A DNA stretch of 64,000 nucleotides, taken from positions 55,304,001-55,368,000 of the forward strand of contig NC_042997.1 in assembly GCF_006345805.1 (NCBI RefSeq), read 5' to 3'. How positions within the stretch are numbered: position 1 is the first letter of the stretch; each line of letters begins with the position of its first letter. Positions 12,846 to 26,900 of the stretch are shown piece by piece. The notes beneath the pieces were generated by a model. The model saw nothing but the letters and a program-made list of their open reading frames with translations. It made no database searches and was not told the origin of the DNA. The position numbers and the translations under genes were made by a program. Source of the stretch: Octopus sinensis. Lineage: Eukaryota.

Positions 12846-13749
12846 CGCATCTATGTATGTACGAATTTTGTGCATGCGTGTATCTGTATATTAGCCAACT
12901 CTCTAAAACTGCGATGACAGATATCACTGACGCTTGTGACCATCAATGTTTTGTTTATATTTCAGTCAATATTTTCAATAGTAATTACTATATTTAACGA
13001 ATTATATACTAATTGTTAAAGAATAGTATATTTGAAGGTAAACTGTGCTCAACATAGTATATAATTTTGATCAAAGACATCATTAAAAATAATTAGCATA
13101 AATTTTTCTGAATGATTGCACATAAAATTATTCACAATAATGATTTTCAATAAAACGCAAGTCTTTTTGGCTATTTTTGGACGGTATTTGCACACTAATA
13201 CGGATATCTATCTTCATTGAAACTAGTTGTAAATGCAGAAAAGTCACGTTAAGGATACTGTAGTCGATTTTGAATGCACTGTAATTCCCTTAACAAGATG
13301 GCTTAAATTATACAGCAGACTACCTGCTATTTTGTTGTGATTCTATTGACAACCCATTTCCAGAAAAATCAAATAAAATTACATAAAATATTTTCTATGT
13401 AGTGCTTGGATGCAGCTGAGCAATTTTTATAGGAAGTAGATAGTATTCTTTTCAATAGGCGCGTTGTGCCAATGTAGTGGAAGACAAACGCTATAATTGG
13501 ACACATGTCATGATCATGTGAGGCTTCAAAATGATTATATCTTAGGGTAACATGATTGTAAAATAACAGGTAGTTTGTTTCAATAAGTAAAGTCAGGTGC
13601 TACCCAGGAATTCAAAATGCCTAAAGATCTGTTACTCTTTTTCATCGAAGTGTGGCTTGACGTAAGAAGACGGTAGAAGCTCATAGGTGAATGAGTTAAT
13701 ATAATGTAGAATAAGCTACTTTGTCATATAGTGTTATACGCGTTATTAC

Positions 13750-14027
13750 ATGTATGTATATATACGTGCACATGTATGTATGTATGTATGTATGTATGTA
13801 TGTATGTATGTATGTATGTATGTGTGTGCGTGCGTGTGTGTGCGTGTGTGTGTGTGTACGTGTGAGTGTGATCTTTCTGATGACAGTTTCAATGTTCAAC
13901 TATCAAATTGCAAGTTATAGAGATAGTTTTAAAGGTTAAACATAAACTCGTATGTATGTATGTATTATGTATGTATGTATGTATGTATGTATGTATGTAT
14001 GTATGTATGTGTGTGTATGTATGTATG
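13750..14027. repeat. Two (ATGT)n/(GT)n microsatellite blocks
   Basis: Direct reading. Confidence 0.9.
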
Positions 14028-15754
14028 TTACATGTGCGTTTGTCCTGATTGGCTGTCATGAGTTTATATCTTGAAATCTTTGACGCCTGATTGCTAGCAA
14101 GTTTTCAGGGCTTGTTCTTTCCGTCGTTGTTCAGTCATTCACCTTTTAAATTTCAAGAAGACCTTGAACATTTTTGTACTTCACATTTCATGAGCATCTG
14201 TAGCGCGTTTAGTTATGGTGCTACGTTCTTTCTTAGAAACTCAATAGTCAACCATACCATGACCTAAGCAAGCTACTACACATGCAGCTGTTCGAATAAT
14301 ATCAAGCATAAAGCTGTTAAGTCTATGTTGGTTACTGTACTAGCAGACTCATGGTTTTCTTTCTAAAGACTGTTATCTCTGCTATAAAAGATGATAATTT
14401 TTTAACTATATCTCCCTATAAGAACTGGTCCTACGCTTACCTGTCATTTTTAGGACTGTTTCGAGAACAGTGTTATTAATTTCATATAATTTTTATCAAA
14501 CACGTTTGTCGCAGTTCTGTTTAATATTTCCCATTCAGAGAAAGAATTTGTTAAACTTAACACTTCTTCCCCGCATAGACCTCCAGTAGATTTAAACTTG
14601 TTCTGGTGGGACGTATTTCATACTAAGTATTGCACATTAACTTGTCCCTCCATGAATTTTTACCCACGTCTAGTGCTGGTTGTTTTGATATTCTTCAGAC
14701 GTTTTATTCTTTGCGTTCTTTTCAAAACCAAAACATTTGGTCACAAATTGTACAGATATCTCATATAACTGTTTGTAAAGTTCGTAATTCCATTGTATAA
14801 TGCGGTAATAGTCTCGACTGGGACGAAAGAGACTAATAATTTTAATCATGACCAATTCGTCTATTTACTACTAATGTATATTTAATTTTAAATAGTTAAT
14901 GACGCTCTTTAAATGTACCGATAAATTTTAATCGTGATTGAATTTAAAGTTATTCACAACTTGAGATTTCTTTTGTTTAAAATTATTTAGATTCTACACT
15001 TCTGTCAGAGAGTATATAACTAGTTACTTTACAACATATTGAAAGTGTCTCTGAATTACTTTTTGGGGTATGTGTTCATAGATGTACATTACAATAGATG
15101 TAATATGTAATTTTGGAGATGTACTTGCATAGCAAGTGACCTGATCTGAGATCGTGTGCTGGAACGAAAGCAATTGCAGCGTGGAAGGTGTTTATAAGCC
15201 ATTTAAGAAACACACAAAAACCGTTAGACTCACTTCAACATTTAAATTTAATTTGTCAAAATATTTTCGTCGCTTTGAGACCGCGACAAAACTTCGTGCT
15301 GCAATGTTGTGTAGAAAAATTTGTATACTATCTTAAACAGTAACTAAATTTTTCCACAGTATTGTATGCTGCCTTCAGACAAACAGTAATTACATAAGTC
15401 CGAATATCGCACTGGCCATTACGGTCACCGTGTTTAAATGTATATATGAATGAATCTATATATGTACAGATATATCTTTACACATTTATGCGTGCAAGTA
15501 TGAGAACATTAGTGCATATGAGTCATCATGTATGCGTACGTGCAATCATTTCTAGATTTGGCGGTAAAAGTTAGCTTGCTTGCTTGCTTTGTTCTTTCTT
15601 TTGAAAACCCCTGCATTTCTAAATGATAATGTAATTTGTTGAAGCACACCCTAGTACACCTGTAATTTTAAGTAGAAGAAAAAAGAATACATACATACAT
15701 ATTGATAAAAATGGTAAGAAAAACAAAAGAAAATATTAAGTAAATAGAGGAATT

Positions 15755-15950
15755 TATCTGTAAATGTAATATGTGGCAATTATTTGGTAGTCATGATAAA
15801 ACTGCGAGTTTCGGATGCCGGGTGGAATTCCACGCCACCATCTCTTCAGTTACGAATAACTGAAGAGATGGTGGCGTGGATTTCCACCTCGGCATCTGAA
15901 ACTCGCAGTTTTATCATGACTACCGAATAATTGTCACATATTACATTTAC

Positions 15951-15955
<5 letters not shown>
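15755..15955. repeat. 201-bp near-perfect palindrome with hammerhead-like motif in each arm
   Basis: Arms 15755-15852 and 15857-15955, loop CGAA, about 4 mismatches and 1 indel; CTGAAGA at 15860-15866 (+) and 15843-15849 (-). Confidence 0.95.
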
Positions 15956-16023
<68 letters not shown>

Positions 16024-16150
16024 TATATAGGATACAGTATATATATATATATATACGTATGTATGTATGTATGTATGTACGTAGGTACGTACGTACGTAC
16101 GTACGTATGTATGTATGTATGTACGTATGTTTTTTGTGTGTATATATATA
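15953..16150. repeat. (AT)n, (ATGT)n and (ACGT)n microsatellites
   Basis: Direct reading. Confidence 0.95.
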
Positions 16151-19100
16151 GAAATTTATTTATGTATTTATGTATACATGATGAAATTGTTTCAAAATGG
16201 AAAGGTTATACGAACAAATCAATGTTACAAATAGTGAAACCAGTAAATTTAAATACGTACTTAAAATTAAACTGAGAACAGCATTTCAATAAGTTTATAA
16301 ACAATGTAAAAGCTTTTGGGTTGTTACGTTACGTTGGGTGAGTGTTTTTTTCTCGCAGTAGAAAGTATATTGCATCACAAAAGGTTATTTTCCAGCCGTA
16401 GGCTGCGTGAGAGAACTGAAAAGAATTAGGATGATGGGTGATAAATAAAATTAACCGATATTTAAGACGAAGGATAAGATTTATATATTTTCCAGACAGG
16501 TAGTTAACTTTCTTAACAAGAGAGGTACACGGTGTCAGCAGGGAACATTCATAAAATGATTCTATGTAGGTTCTAATTTCCATATAACAATAAATAATTA
16601 TTCTATTGCAAATCAGGAACCAGATTTTAAATGAAGGTGATAAAATTTCGAGATGTTTTAAATCCTTGCTGTTATCATTCTTGAGTCTAAATGTTGTTAT
16701 TATTGTTAATGTGTTCTGTTACTTGAATTAGCAAAGAACTATGCTAATCACTATATCATTTGTTTTATTAAGCAAAACCGTACTCTTAGATCCCTTTGGA
16801 AATGTGCATAAATTGTTAGTGTAGTGTATGTAAAGAAAAACTTTTTAGAGTAGAATTACTAGCTCAATTGAAATGTTTGATTTCTTGTACCTTTAGAAAA
16901 ATATAAATAAATTTGGTGTAGAGTTACGTTATACGTTGTTATACCACCCATGATATTGTTGTTTAAACTGAGGTTGAAGCTGGCTGAGCAAATCTATGCG
17001 TGAAGGCGTTATGGCCATGACTACCAAATTTTATTTTCATACGTAATATATTTAGGCATACATTATTCTATGTATCCTCTCCTTTTTAAGATGGATAAGT
17101 TTCGATTGCCAGCTATGTTTACAAAGTCGACTACATAGAGACTGTTGCCGGCTCGTAAAACCCGTCAGTTTTCAAATGTAAAAGATGCAAAATGGCACAG
17201 CTGCATTCGTTAATTAAAACAAAGCAGTGAACTCGTTTAACTGGTAGTTTGTTTTATATCGATCGAGGTTTGTTACAGGAAGAATGACATTTGCCATTAA
17301 AAATAAATTCCGCAATCTTTATTTCATTTGGCCGCTGACAAAGACGTCATCTTGTGGTGTGTCTTAATGGTTGGTCAGCAGAGTAGTACTGATGAACTGC
17401 AATCTCAGGTATGCAGTGTAGGAATCGAAATATTTCGATATGGAATCGAAATAATGTCGCAGAATCGACTAACCAGAATTTTACCTCCTCTGCGGCGTTC
17501 ATACAACAACTACAATTCCGGCATTTAAGCTATTACAATGTAATTTATCTACTTCCATCATAAAAGATATTTACTTCTTCATATAAAATTACATCGATTG
17601 TAAATTGATCCCAAATATTAGGCGTGTTTCAACACAGCTATCTTTCTGCTTCTATATTCATGTCTATAGACACCTCTATACGTTATTTTTTATGCAAACG
17701 AGGTAATTTGTTATTATGCGCATATTCAACTTCTGTTAGGCTGCAATTAGTCGTGTATTATTTCCCCTGTTGATGTAAGATCTCTCCAACACAGTCAAAT
17801 TTTCGTCTGTCGTAATGTAATGAACGCATCTTGAAACATCATTTTCTGCAGAAGCCTCGCTGTTTTAGACTAATTTTGTTTCTTTGTTAGTTTTTGTGTA
17901 GGGATATTTTGTTTCCCAGGAGCAACACTCGATACTAAATAAATAAAAATAATGAGCAACGATGAAATTAAATATATAAATAAAAGAAATTATAAAAAGA
18001 AATAAAATGAATGAAACAAGACAGTAAATACTTAATTTCAGAAATACATTTTTTGACTTATTTGTTTTGAAAGCATTTAGAAATAATAAAGTTTTCATTT
18101 ATTTAAAAATGTAATTGTTTATAACAACTAGCATTTAATGTTATATTTTTTTGTTGATTGAAGTTATAATGAAAAATACTCGTGGCGTGGTCGTTCAGAA
18201 CTCACATTTGTAGTAGGAAACCATATTTTAGAATTTATAGTTAAATATTCTGCTATGTGGTGTAGGAGAAATTTGATGTTCATGCATCCCCCAACGTAAC
18301 GTACAGGTAATGGAATTGCTTCAATCAAGGATCAAAATTGCACCAAGGTCTTAAGTATATTCGAAACATAATTCTGGTTCTATGTTGCCCACTGCAAAAC
18401 TAAAAGATAACTAGAACTTGAATCCTACAGTAATAAAGGAAGACAACTGGCTGGTCTTTCGTGATAAGAGTTATAATAAATGGAAGGTAGATCTGATCTA
18501 TATTTTCTAAGAAATTCTGGCAACTTTTTTCCGAGAGTTAGTAGAAATAAAAGGATGTTGTGGAATTATAAAGTTCTCATTCTTAGACCACACTTAAAAC
18601 AAGTGTTCAGGCAATGCAAAGGAACTGATATCTGAAATATTGAGTAAGATTATGTAATACCGATTCCTTCAAAGAAGCACTTCGGCCCCATATCTTGTAA
18701 TAAGGTTATCAATAAGTTGACTTGGTTTCTTCTTCCCTCTATTATTTAATCCAGTGCATAATTCTTCAATTATCACATGCGATTGCTTTGAATTTCCGCC
18801 TCTAAGATCTCCAAAATAAGAATAATATTGATTTTATCGATTAAAATCTTTAACCCACAAAAATAAAACAATAAGAAGAAATCTTTAAATCATTACATCA
18901 ACTTAATTAATGATCTAGAATAACTTTTCTCGACGGCCACAGTCTTGCTATTTGTTTATTGCTGACTATAGCGGATCTTTGGGGGTCAAGCATGTCTCAT
19001 GATGTAATTTTCTCACCAAAATATTCATTTCTTTCAGTTTGAAACAAAGCCAAGTTTTGCTGCGGAAGCGTTTAGTTACTGATTGACATCAGTATACATT

Positions 19101-20064
19101 TGAGCTCTATTTTTCAACAGTGGTCCATCAAAAAGGTTTACTGAATAGTTTTTAGGAAATATTGACATATGTATATGCACTAAATTCCAAACGGAAACGA
19201 AGGGAGAAATGAAAACAAAGGACATTCAGTTCTCACATAATAGCATTAGCAGCATACAGCTACCGAACCTGAGTCACTGATTCAACTTTTCTTTAGTAAA
19301 ACTCGTCTTCATTTGAGACATGGGTAAATAAAACTGAAATCTCGAACTGATCAAATATTTGATTATATAACCATTATATAGCTGGCGTCCAGAAATACGT
19401 GCATTATAGCAGTACTACCTCGTTTTAGTTTAACACTTTTTAAATAAAACATCTAGATACGGATCTTCAACTAAATTAGATGTCTGGTGAAATATCATAT
19501 GGCCAACTCGGTGAGAAACTCCTTCTTACTAGTTCCGCTTATCAAAATATCTCCACATGATAGCTGACAGACCATGCACTTTGCTGCATTTCATTGACCC
19601 CTCACTGTGATTTACTGTACCTTGCTACTGCGTGATAATTAAGAATCGAGCAGTTTCTTTAGAATCTAAATCGAAATCATCATTTCGACCTTTACTATCA
19701 TCACCGAACTTTGCTATTATTATTTGTCTCTGTTGGAGACTCGTTGTTTTTAAAACCAACCAGTGTTCATGATATCACTTCGTCAATTGGATTTCTTTTT
19801 CTTCAGTTTTCAGAAATAATTAAAATATAAGATAAACTTGATTTTAATCCAACGTACACACGAACACTTCCATATGTGCTCGAAGAAACACACACACACA
19901 CATACACGCACGCACATACACACACACAAATACACACACATGCGTGCACTATTTATTAATATCTTTTCAATATCTTTATGTTATCACATTGCAGAGAAGT
20001 CAATACTTAATGGAGAACGTATTATACACACGCACACACGCACACCCACATATGCGCGTCTGTA

Positions 20065-20106
<42 letters not shown>

Positions 20107-20484
20107 GTTCCGAGAACTCAATAAAATATTGCATAAGCAATCAGCACTGAGTGAAATGATTCTTGCAGAAGAAACAGGTGTGAGCTAATGAAGGTAAATC
20201 CTGTTCTTTTGTCAGTCGTACACCGACATTACATCTGTATTTTTCTGGTGCTTTACTCTGAAGCATCTGGAAAATATTTTCTGCAGTATAAGTACATATC
20301 AAAACAAATGACTAATTTTTTTTTTGCCATTATTTATTCACCATTACACTTGTTTCATTGTGCTAATACGAGTTGCAAAAGCGTACATGTAGGAGAAACA
20401 TCTATGATGTCTCCTACATGTGCAATTTTTCAACTGCTATTAACAACTGGTGCGCACGTTAGCGCGTGTGATAGATGTTGTTTT

Positions 20485-20717
20485 AGGCGGCGAACTGGCA
20501 GAAACGTTAGCACGCCGGATGAAATGCCTAGCGGTATTTCATCTGCCGCTACGTTCTGAGTTCAAATTCCGCCGAGGTCGACTTTGCCTTTCATCCTTTC
20601 GGGGTCGATCAAATAAGTACCAGTTACGCACTGGGGTCGATATAATCGACTTAATCCGTTTGTCTGTCCTTGTTTGTCCTCTCTGTGTTTAGCCCCTTGT
20701 GGGTAGTAAAGAAATAG
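20485..20717 (+). mobile_element. Full-length tRNA-derived SINE
   Basis: Head GGCGGCGAACTGGCAGAAACGTTAGCAC, B-box-like GAGTTCAAATTCC, central GCCTTTCATCCTTTCGGGGTCGA..AAATAAGTACC, tail ..GTGGGTAGTAAAGAAATA; monomer of the 9231-9973 array. Confidence 0.9.
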
Positions 20718-21584
20718 TTATGTTTAAGCTTCACTATTCTCTTCCTTATGCATCATAATTGGTCCTGTATACACGGAGTCTGTTTCGTTGTTCGTGTAAT
20801 CTAAGAATCGGGGGACTAAGTTTATTACACAAACACACCACTACAGGTTATAACGAAATGAAATTTAGGTTAGAGCATTTCTATTTCTTTACCATAGGTT
20901 TTGCAGGTTTATATGATAATGACTAAGTAAAATACAAATATCAGTATCAAGATGGGGATTTAATTCGCAGAGAACTTATCTATCTATCTGTTACAATAGT
21001 TGCGTTTCCTAAAAGGACAACGTTCTTGTGAAACTGACATATACACTAGTTCTATTTGTTTTGGACTGGTTTTATAGCTATCCTTTATGCATTTTTTTCA
21101 ACAGAACTAGTACTAAACAACACTAAACAAACTCTCTTGTATGAAAGATTGTATCTTGAAGGTTGTTACTTAAGCTGGCTTTACCTGACATTTGTCCTGT
21201 ATGTAAAATCAGTCAACTCGCACCTTTCATAAGAAATTTCTCCTCGACTCTCTACAATTCTTTCTTAGCGAAAAAAAAAAAAAAAAAACAACGAGGGAGC
21301 CTGTGTGTGGTCATTTCAATCCTCTAAAAATTACAAACAAATTATCCTCAAATCGCTCTCTACTTCTGAAAAAGACGTGAAAGTCAGGGCAAAGAACTCC
21401 TTTGATCATAGGAATTTTCATTTAATACTGGACTGAGGATAAACAAAGGCAACAACAACAACAACAACCGAAGCTTATGAAAAACACTAGGAATCCTACT
21501 CACTTACCAATGTAACAGCATAAGAAATTAATGATGTATCATTTATAGCTCTTACAAAACAAATGGTTGGTATTTTTCTTCATT

Positions 21585-21670
21585 ATACATACATACATAC
21601 ATACATACATACATACATACATACATACATACATACATACATACATACATACATACATACATACATACAT
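21585..21670. repeat. (ATAC)n microsatellite
   Basis: Direct reading. Confidence 0.95.
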
Positions 21671-21954
21671 GTAATTACTACACACACGGTGACGTCAAAG
21701 CGTTCATCCTATTACTTTGAATGTACTGAAAGCACTCTTTCACAATTCAAATAAAATTTGCCACCTTCTTGATTTCATTGTAAGATGGAAAGAAAAAAAA
21801 AAGGAATAAAGAAAACGGATTAAATTTATTTGATATCCGTTTTTTGTTTTGGGATATTGTTATTGTTGCTGATATGATGATGGTGTGTGTTTCCGTTTTT
21901 TTTTAACGTAGTTAATAACTACCTATCTACCTGTTTTTTTTTTACATTTGTGTA

Positions 21955-22001
21955 CATAGATACATACATACATTCATACAAACATACATATACATATACA
22001 T

Positions 22002-22052
<51 letters not shown>

Positions 22053-22156
22053 ATATTATATATATATATACATATTTATACGTATATATATATATATATA
22101 TATACACATATATACACATATATATACATATATATACATACATATATACATACATA

Positions 22157-22189
<33 letters not shown>

Positions 22190-22214
22190 GCACTCACACA
22201 GCTACGTATATGTA

Positions 22215-22274
<60 letters not shown>

Positions 22275-22283
22275 CATACATTC

Positions 22284-22324
<41 letters not shown>

Positions 22325-22350
22325 TACAGACACACTACATTCACACACAT
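21955..22350. repeat. Complex (AT)n/(AC)n microsatellite
   Basis: Direct reading. Confidence 0.95.
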
Positions 22351-22914
22351 AATATTTACCACTCCTTTTAAATTAATTCTTATCATTCGTCATTAATGAT
22401 AATAACTAACCCGATGGCTCCGACTGAGACTATAATGATGTGAGTGGTGGAGAAGCATGGTTAAGGTTTGTGGTTTGTGATGGGAGCTGAAGTGTTGATT
22501 GAATTAATTAATTCATCGTTTGCTTTGCATCACTAGATATACTTATTAGTTTCTCGGTCAAATACCGAATTATACTTTCAGATTTACAGTTACACTATTC
22601 TAAGTCATTCTATTTCCGTACGAAGTGTAATTAACTTGCCAATTTCGAATATTTCAGGTAATTTTTTTACTGTTAAATGCCTCCAGCCATTCTAATTCAC
22701 GTGCGTGTCTATTCGCTGGAGTTCTTAGTAGTTACTTAAAAAATGTTTAAGTACAAATAAATTGTATATAATAACGTGTAAACCATTTCACCCAAAACAG
22801 CGCACTATTAACAAGGGAATGTTTGAAAAGATCATCCTATCCCGCAATGTGTTTTATTGTTAGTAGAACTCAACAGGTGGGCTCAGGACTACAGAATTTG
22901 CTGTAAGCATGCGG

Positions 22915-22917
<3 letters not shown>

Positions 22918-22981
<64 letters not shown>

Positions 22982-23100
22982 GTAATAACGACGACGAAGG
23001 TGATGATGATGATGATGACAGTGATGATGATGAGTATGAGTATGATGATGATGATGAGTATGAGGATGATGATGATGATGATGATGATGATGGTAATGGA
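22918..23100. repeat. (AAT)n followed by imperfect (GAT)n
   Basis: Direct reading; gives the spurious poly-N/D/E and poly-I ORFs. Confidence 0.95.
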
Positions 23101-24200
23101 AATAAATAACTGAATAAACAAAGTTTTAGCTGTTTTCGATTTATTTCAACATCAAGTGGATTTAAGAAGACTTACCTTTACTTCAATAGGTACTCAGCGG
23201 GATACATTACTGTAATCGAACGTAGAGAGAATTTCACTCATGAAATACCTGTTAAGGATTCTTGAATGAAGTCACCTTTTGAATAAGTACAAATAATAAT
23301 AAAAGAAAACAACAACAAAAAGAAAATGAATAAAGAAAACGTATAACGTAACAGCTTCAGCACTAGCAAAAGTAATAAACAATAACAACAAAAAGGAAAA
23401 GGAAATAAAGACAAGAAAAGAAAAGAAAAGAAAAGAAAAAAAGAAACTATTGCTATTTATTTCTTTATATATTTATTAATGTATTTGTAATGCACTCTTT
23501 TACTTCGATCAAGATAACACAGAACGTAACACCGTTTGTCCTGTGGCCCTCAGATCTAAAACATGAATTCAGTAGAAGTCTATTTAATGTTTATTTTCGC
23601 TAATAATTTACCCTGTAATGATATTCAGAAAGTACAGTGGTAACTGATATGAAAAGATTCAGTTAAAAATACGAATGTCAATAAGGGTATAAACATTAGC
23701 TACAAGAAGTGTCACTGACCGAGGTTAAAAACAATGATATTTTATTGAATATATATGTAATACATATATATATTATATTAATATCGAATGAAACGACAAA
23801 CTATGTGAAGTTTCAATTCTTAAAATACGTGAATGTACAACTATTGAAAGCTATAATGAAAATAAGTGGAAATCTTGCGTTTATAACAAAGTTTTATTAA
23901 AATGTTTCCTAAATAGATTGTAAAATAATTGTAGTAAACATCTGAATATATTTGATCTCTGAAACAGAATGCAATAAAACGTTGCCCTGATGATTCATTG
24001 CAATTAAAGCATCCGAAACATTCAATGCGGAGTTTCAAATAATTGTATTGAGGAAACGTACGTAGGAACTAAATACTTGTACTGTTTTTTTTTTAATCGT
24101 AATTTCCACGACTTATCATCTGTATATCAATAACTAGTAACATTGCCCAGTACAGTGGTCAACTAACCACCATAATGGAAGCCGACTGGATAATCATAGT

Positions 24201-24525
<325 letters not shown>

Positions 24526-25407
24526 ACAAATAAAAGAACGAAGGTACTTGTAGCACTTTTATTCCTTGGTTACGGCAGTTTTAACAGATGTGTGTCAAAT
24601 TCTTCACCAATATGGAAGACATGAATACAAGCAGTGATTATGCAATATTGGTTCATATAACATTAAAACCTTTAGTCATTTCTAATGACTAAATGAATGA
24701 ACTTATTCATGTTTCTTTGCTTGTTAAAAGATTTATTTGGCCCATATGTTGTTGAAACGGTCGTAAACAATGAGTAATATACTACTAGTACATCTATTTC
24801 TTTTCTTTCCTAATTTTATACCCCGTGACCGAAGAAAACTTCGTGGATATTCATATTGTAATATGGAACACTTGCTAGTACTGAAGCGATACTTCCTTAT
24901 TATATATTGTGTTTGTCAGTATTCACACACATTGACAAACGCAAACATACAAAAATACATACACATGCATGTTTGTATTTTTCTAATACATTACATCAGA
25001 CAGGATGATGACTATGGCATGCATCCTGTTAATTGTTGGAATTAGTTTCAAATAAAAAGACAAACCAGGTGAAATTTCAATTCTTAAAATACGGTGAATA
25101 TTCAATTATAGCAGCAAAAAACAACAGGCACCCGTAGCTGACGATTCTCGTGTGTCAACGATATAAATATGAGTGCTTTTATGCGCCATGAGTCCATGGT
25201 AAATAAGGTATTCTGAAGGTAAATAACACTAACATAATTCACGTTAGGTTAGATGTAAAGATTACCTTTTCTTATTCATACTGCTTCGGTGGCTATTACA
25301 TATATATTTATATATGTTAGTGTTTGTGTATGTGTGTGTCTCGCACTTTTCTCTGTCTTTCTTTCTCTCTTTCTCTTTCTCTTTATCTCTTACTCTCTCT
25401 TTTCCTT

Positions 25408-25440
<33 letters not shown>

Positions 25441-26900
25441 ATATATATATGTGAACACACACCCATACACACGCACACACACAAATACACACACACGCAC
25501 ACACACACACATTACCCACGTATTACATTGGACGATGACCGCATAAACAAATGAGTGACTTCAATAAGAGTTGTATTTGTTTGACATTCAGTGAAAAGAA
25601 GAAATGTCCGACATTCTGGACGTTCTTTATCTTATGAGTAAAAGATAATGAGAACGACAAAAACAAAACACGTAAAGGAAATAGAGAAACAATAAAAGGA
25701 GGTAAATAAGTCTTCTAGCGTTTGGGAGATACCCAAGATTTGATGTAAAGCGGAAGTAAGTAAATGAGAAAGGCTGGTTTTCTTCCCGTAAAGCGGGAAT
25801 TAAAGTTCTGTCTGTTAAACTTTTAAGTTTTATGTGTGCTGCATGTGTATTCATTTCATTATGTTAGTGTGTTCTAGTTTACACGCGATGTTTTTATTTT
25901 CTTTATCCACGTGTGAAGAGTGTGTAAGGCATATTTTTGTCCCTGTGCTTGTGTACTATTTTACTTTCGGTAGGTGCATATTGGTGGATGTTTGCTAATG
26001 TAGCGTATAGACGTGTGTGTGTGCATGCACACTTGTGCATAGGTATTTGGTTGATCTGTGTTAGCATAGTACGACGTTCTGCTTGTGTTTCTTTTGCTTT
26101 TTATGTTTCTTATGCTTGTGTTTCTCAAACTGTTGGACCTAGTACGATTGTAAGCGCTGAGTGTGTGTACGTGAGTCGGTAGAAACCGGCAATTAAGTAG
26201 AGAAGTCGTTCGCGTGCGTGACTATTTTTTTTAGAAGTGTGCATATGCTGTATGCATTTTTTCTGAGTATGTAGATGCATGTGTATGTAACCTGCATATT
26301 TTGTGTGTGTGTGTAAATTAATTTCATTATGTTTAGGTGTGTGTTTGTATTTTCGTTTGCAAGCAATTTTATTTGAACCTATGATTCAAGGAGATAATGT
26401 GCCTGTGTTTTGTATGTTTTAACGTGCGTCATTGTAATACATGCGTGTATGCTTGGGCAGTATTTGTTAATGCATCATCAATGGACGTGTGCACGCGTGT
26501 GTATGTATATGTGTGTGTACTTTTGTTGGGGTTTGTCTGCGTCTTTATCAAGCGATAACTTTGTAAGATGTGTGTTTGTGTGTGTGAATGTCTTTAAATA
26601 TAGTACGATCGTAAGTGTAATATTTATGCATTGGTTGAAAGATGCAGCTAAGGCTGGTTGATTCATTAGGCGTGCGTGAATATCGTTTAATAGTTTTAAT
26701 AGACACGTGAGTGCATGTGTGTCTGTTTTCCGTCTACTCACATGTTTTTACAAGGAAAAGATTGACAGTGATTTGAAGTTTCGGCACATTCGCTTCGAAA
26801 TTACAAGATAATACTTTCATTTTAAAAACATAAGATGATAATCGACTGGAAGGTGTTGAGCGTTCTTCAATTTGATGTTTGAACGTGTTATTATATAACC

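Noticed and set aside
13458-13517. Possible small exon (ARCANVVEDKRYNWTHVMI) with AG/GT ends
   Set aside because: No recognisable homology or partner exon; such sites are common by chance.
18265-18306. Possible micro-exon ending CAG|GTAATG
   Set aside because: Too short and unsupported.
22870-23121. Poly-Asn/Asp/Glu and poly-Ile ORFs
   Set aside because: Trinucleotide microsatellites; no other coding signal.
23986-24022. CTGATGA..GCATCC-GAAAC
   Set aside because: Stem II 5' strand, stem III and stem I do not pair convincingly.
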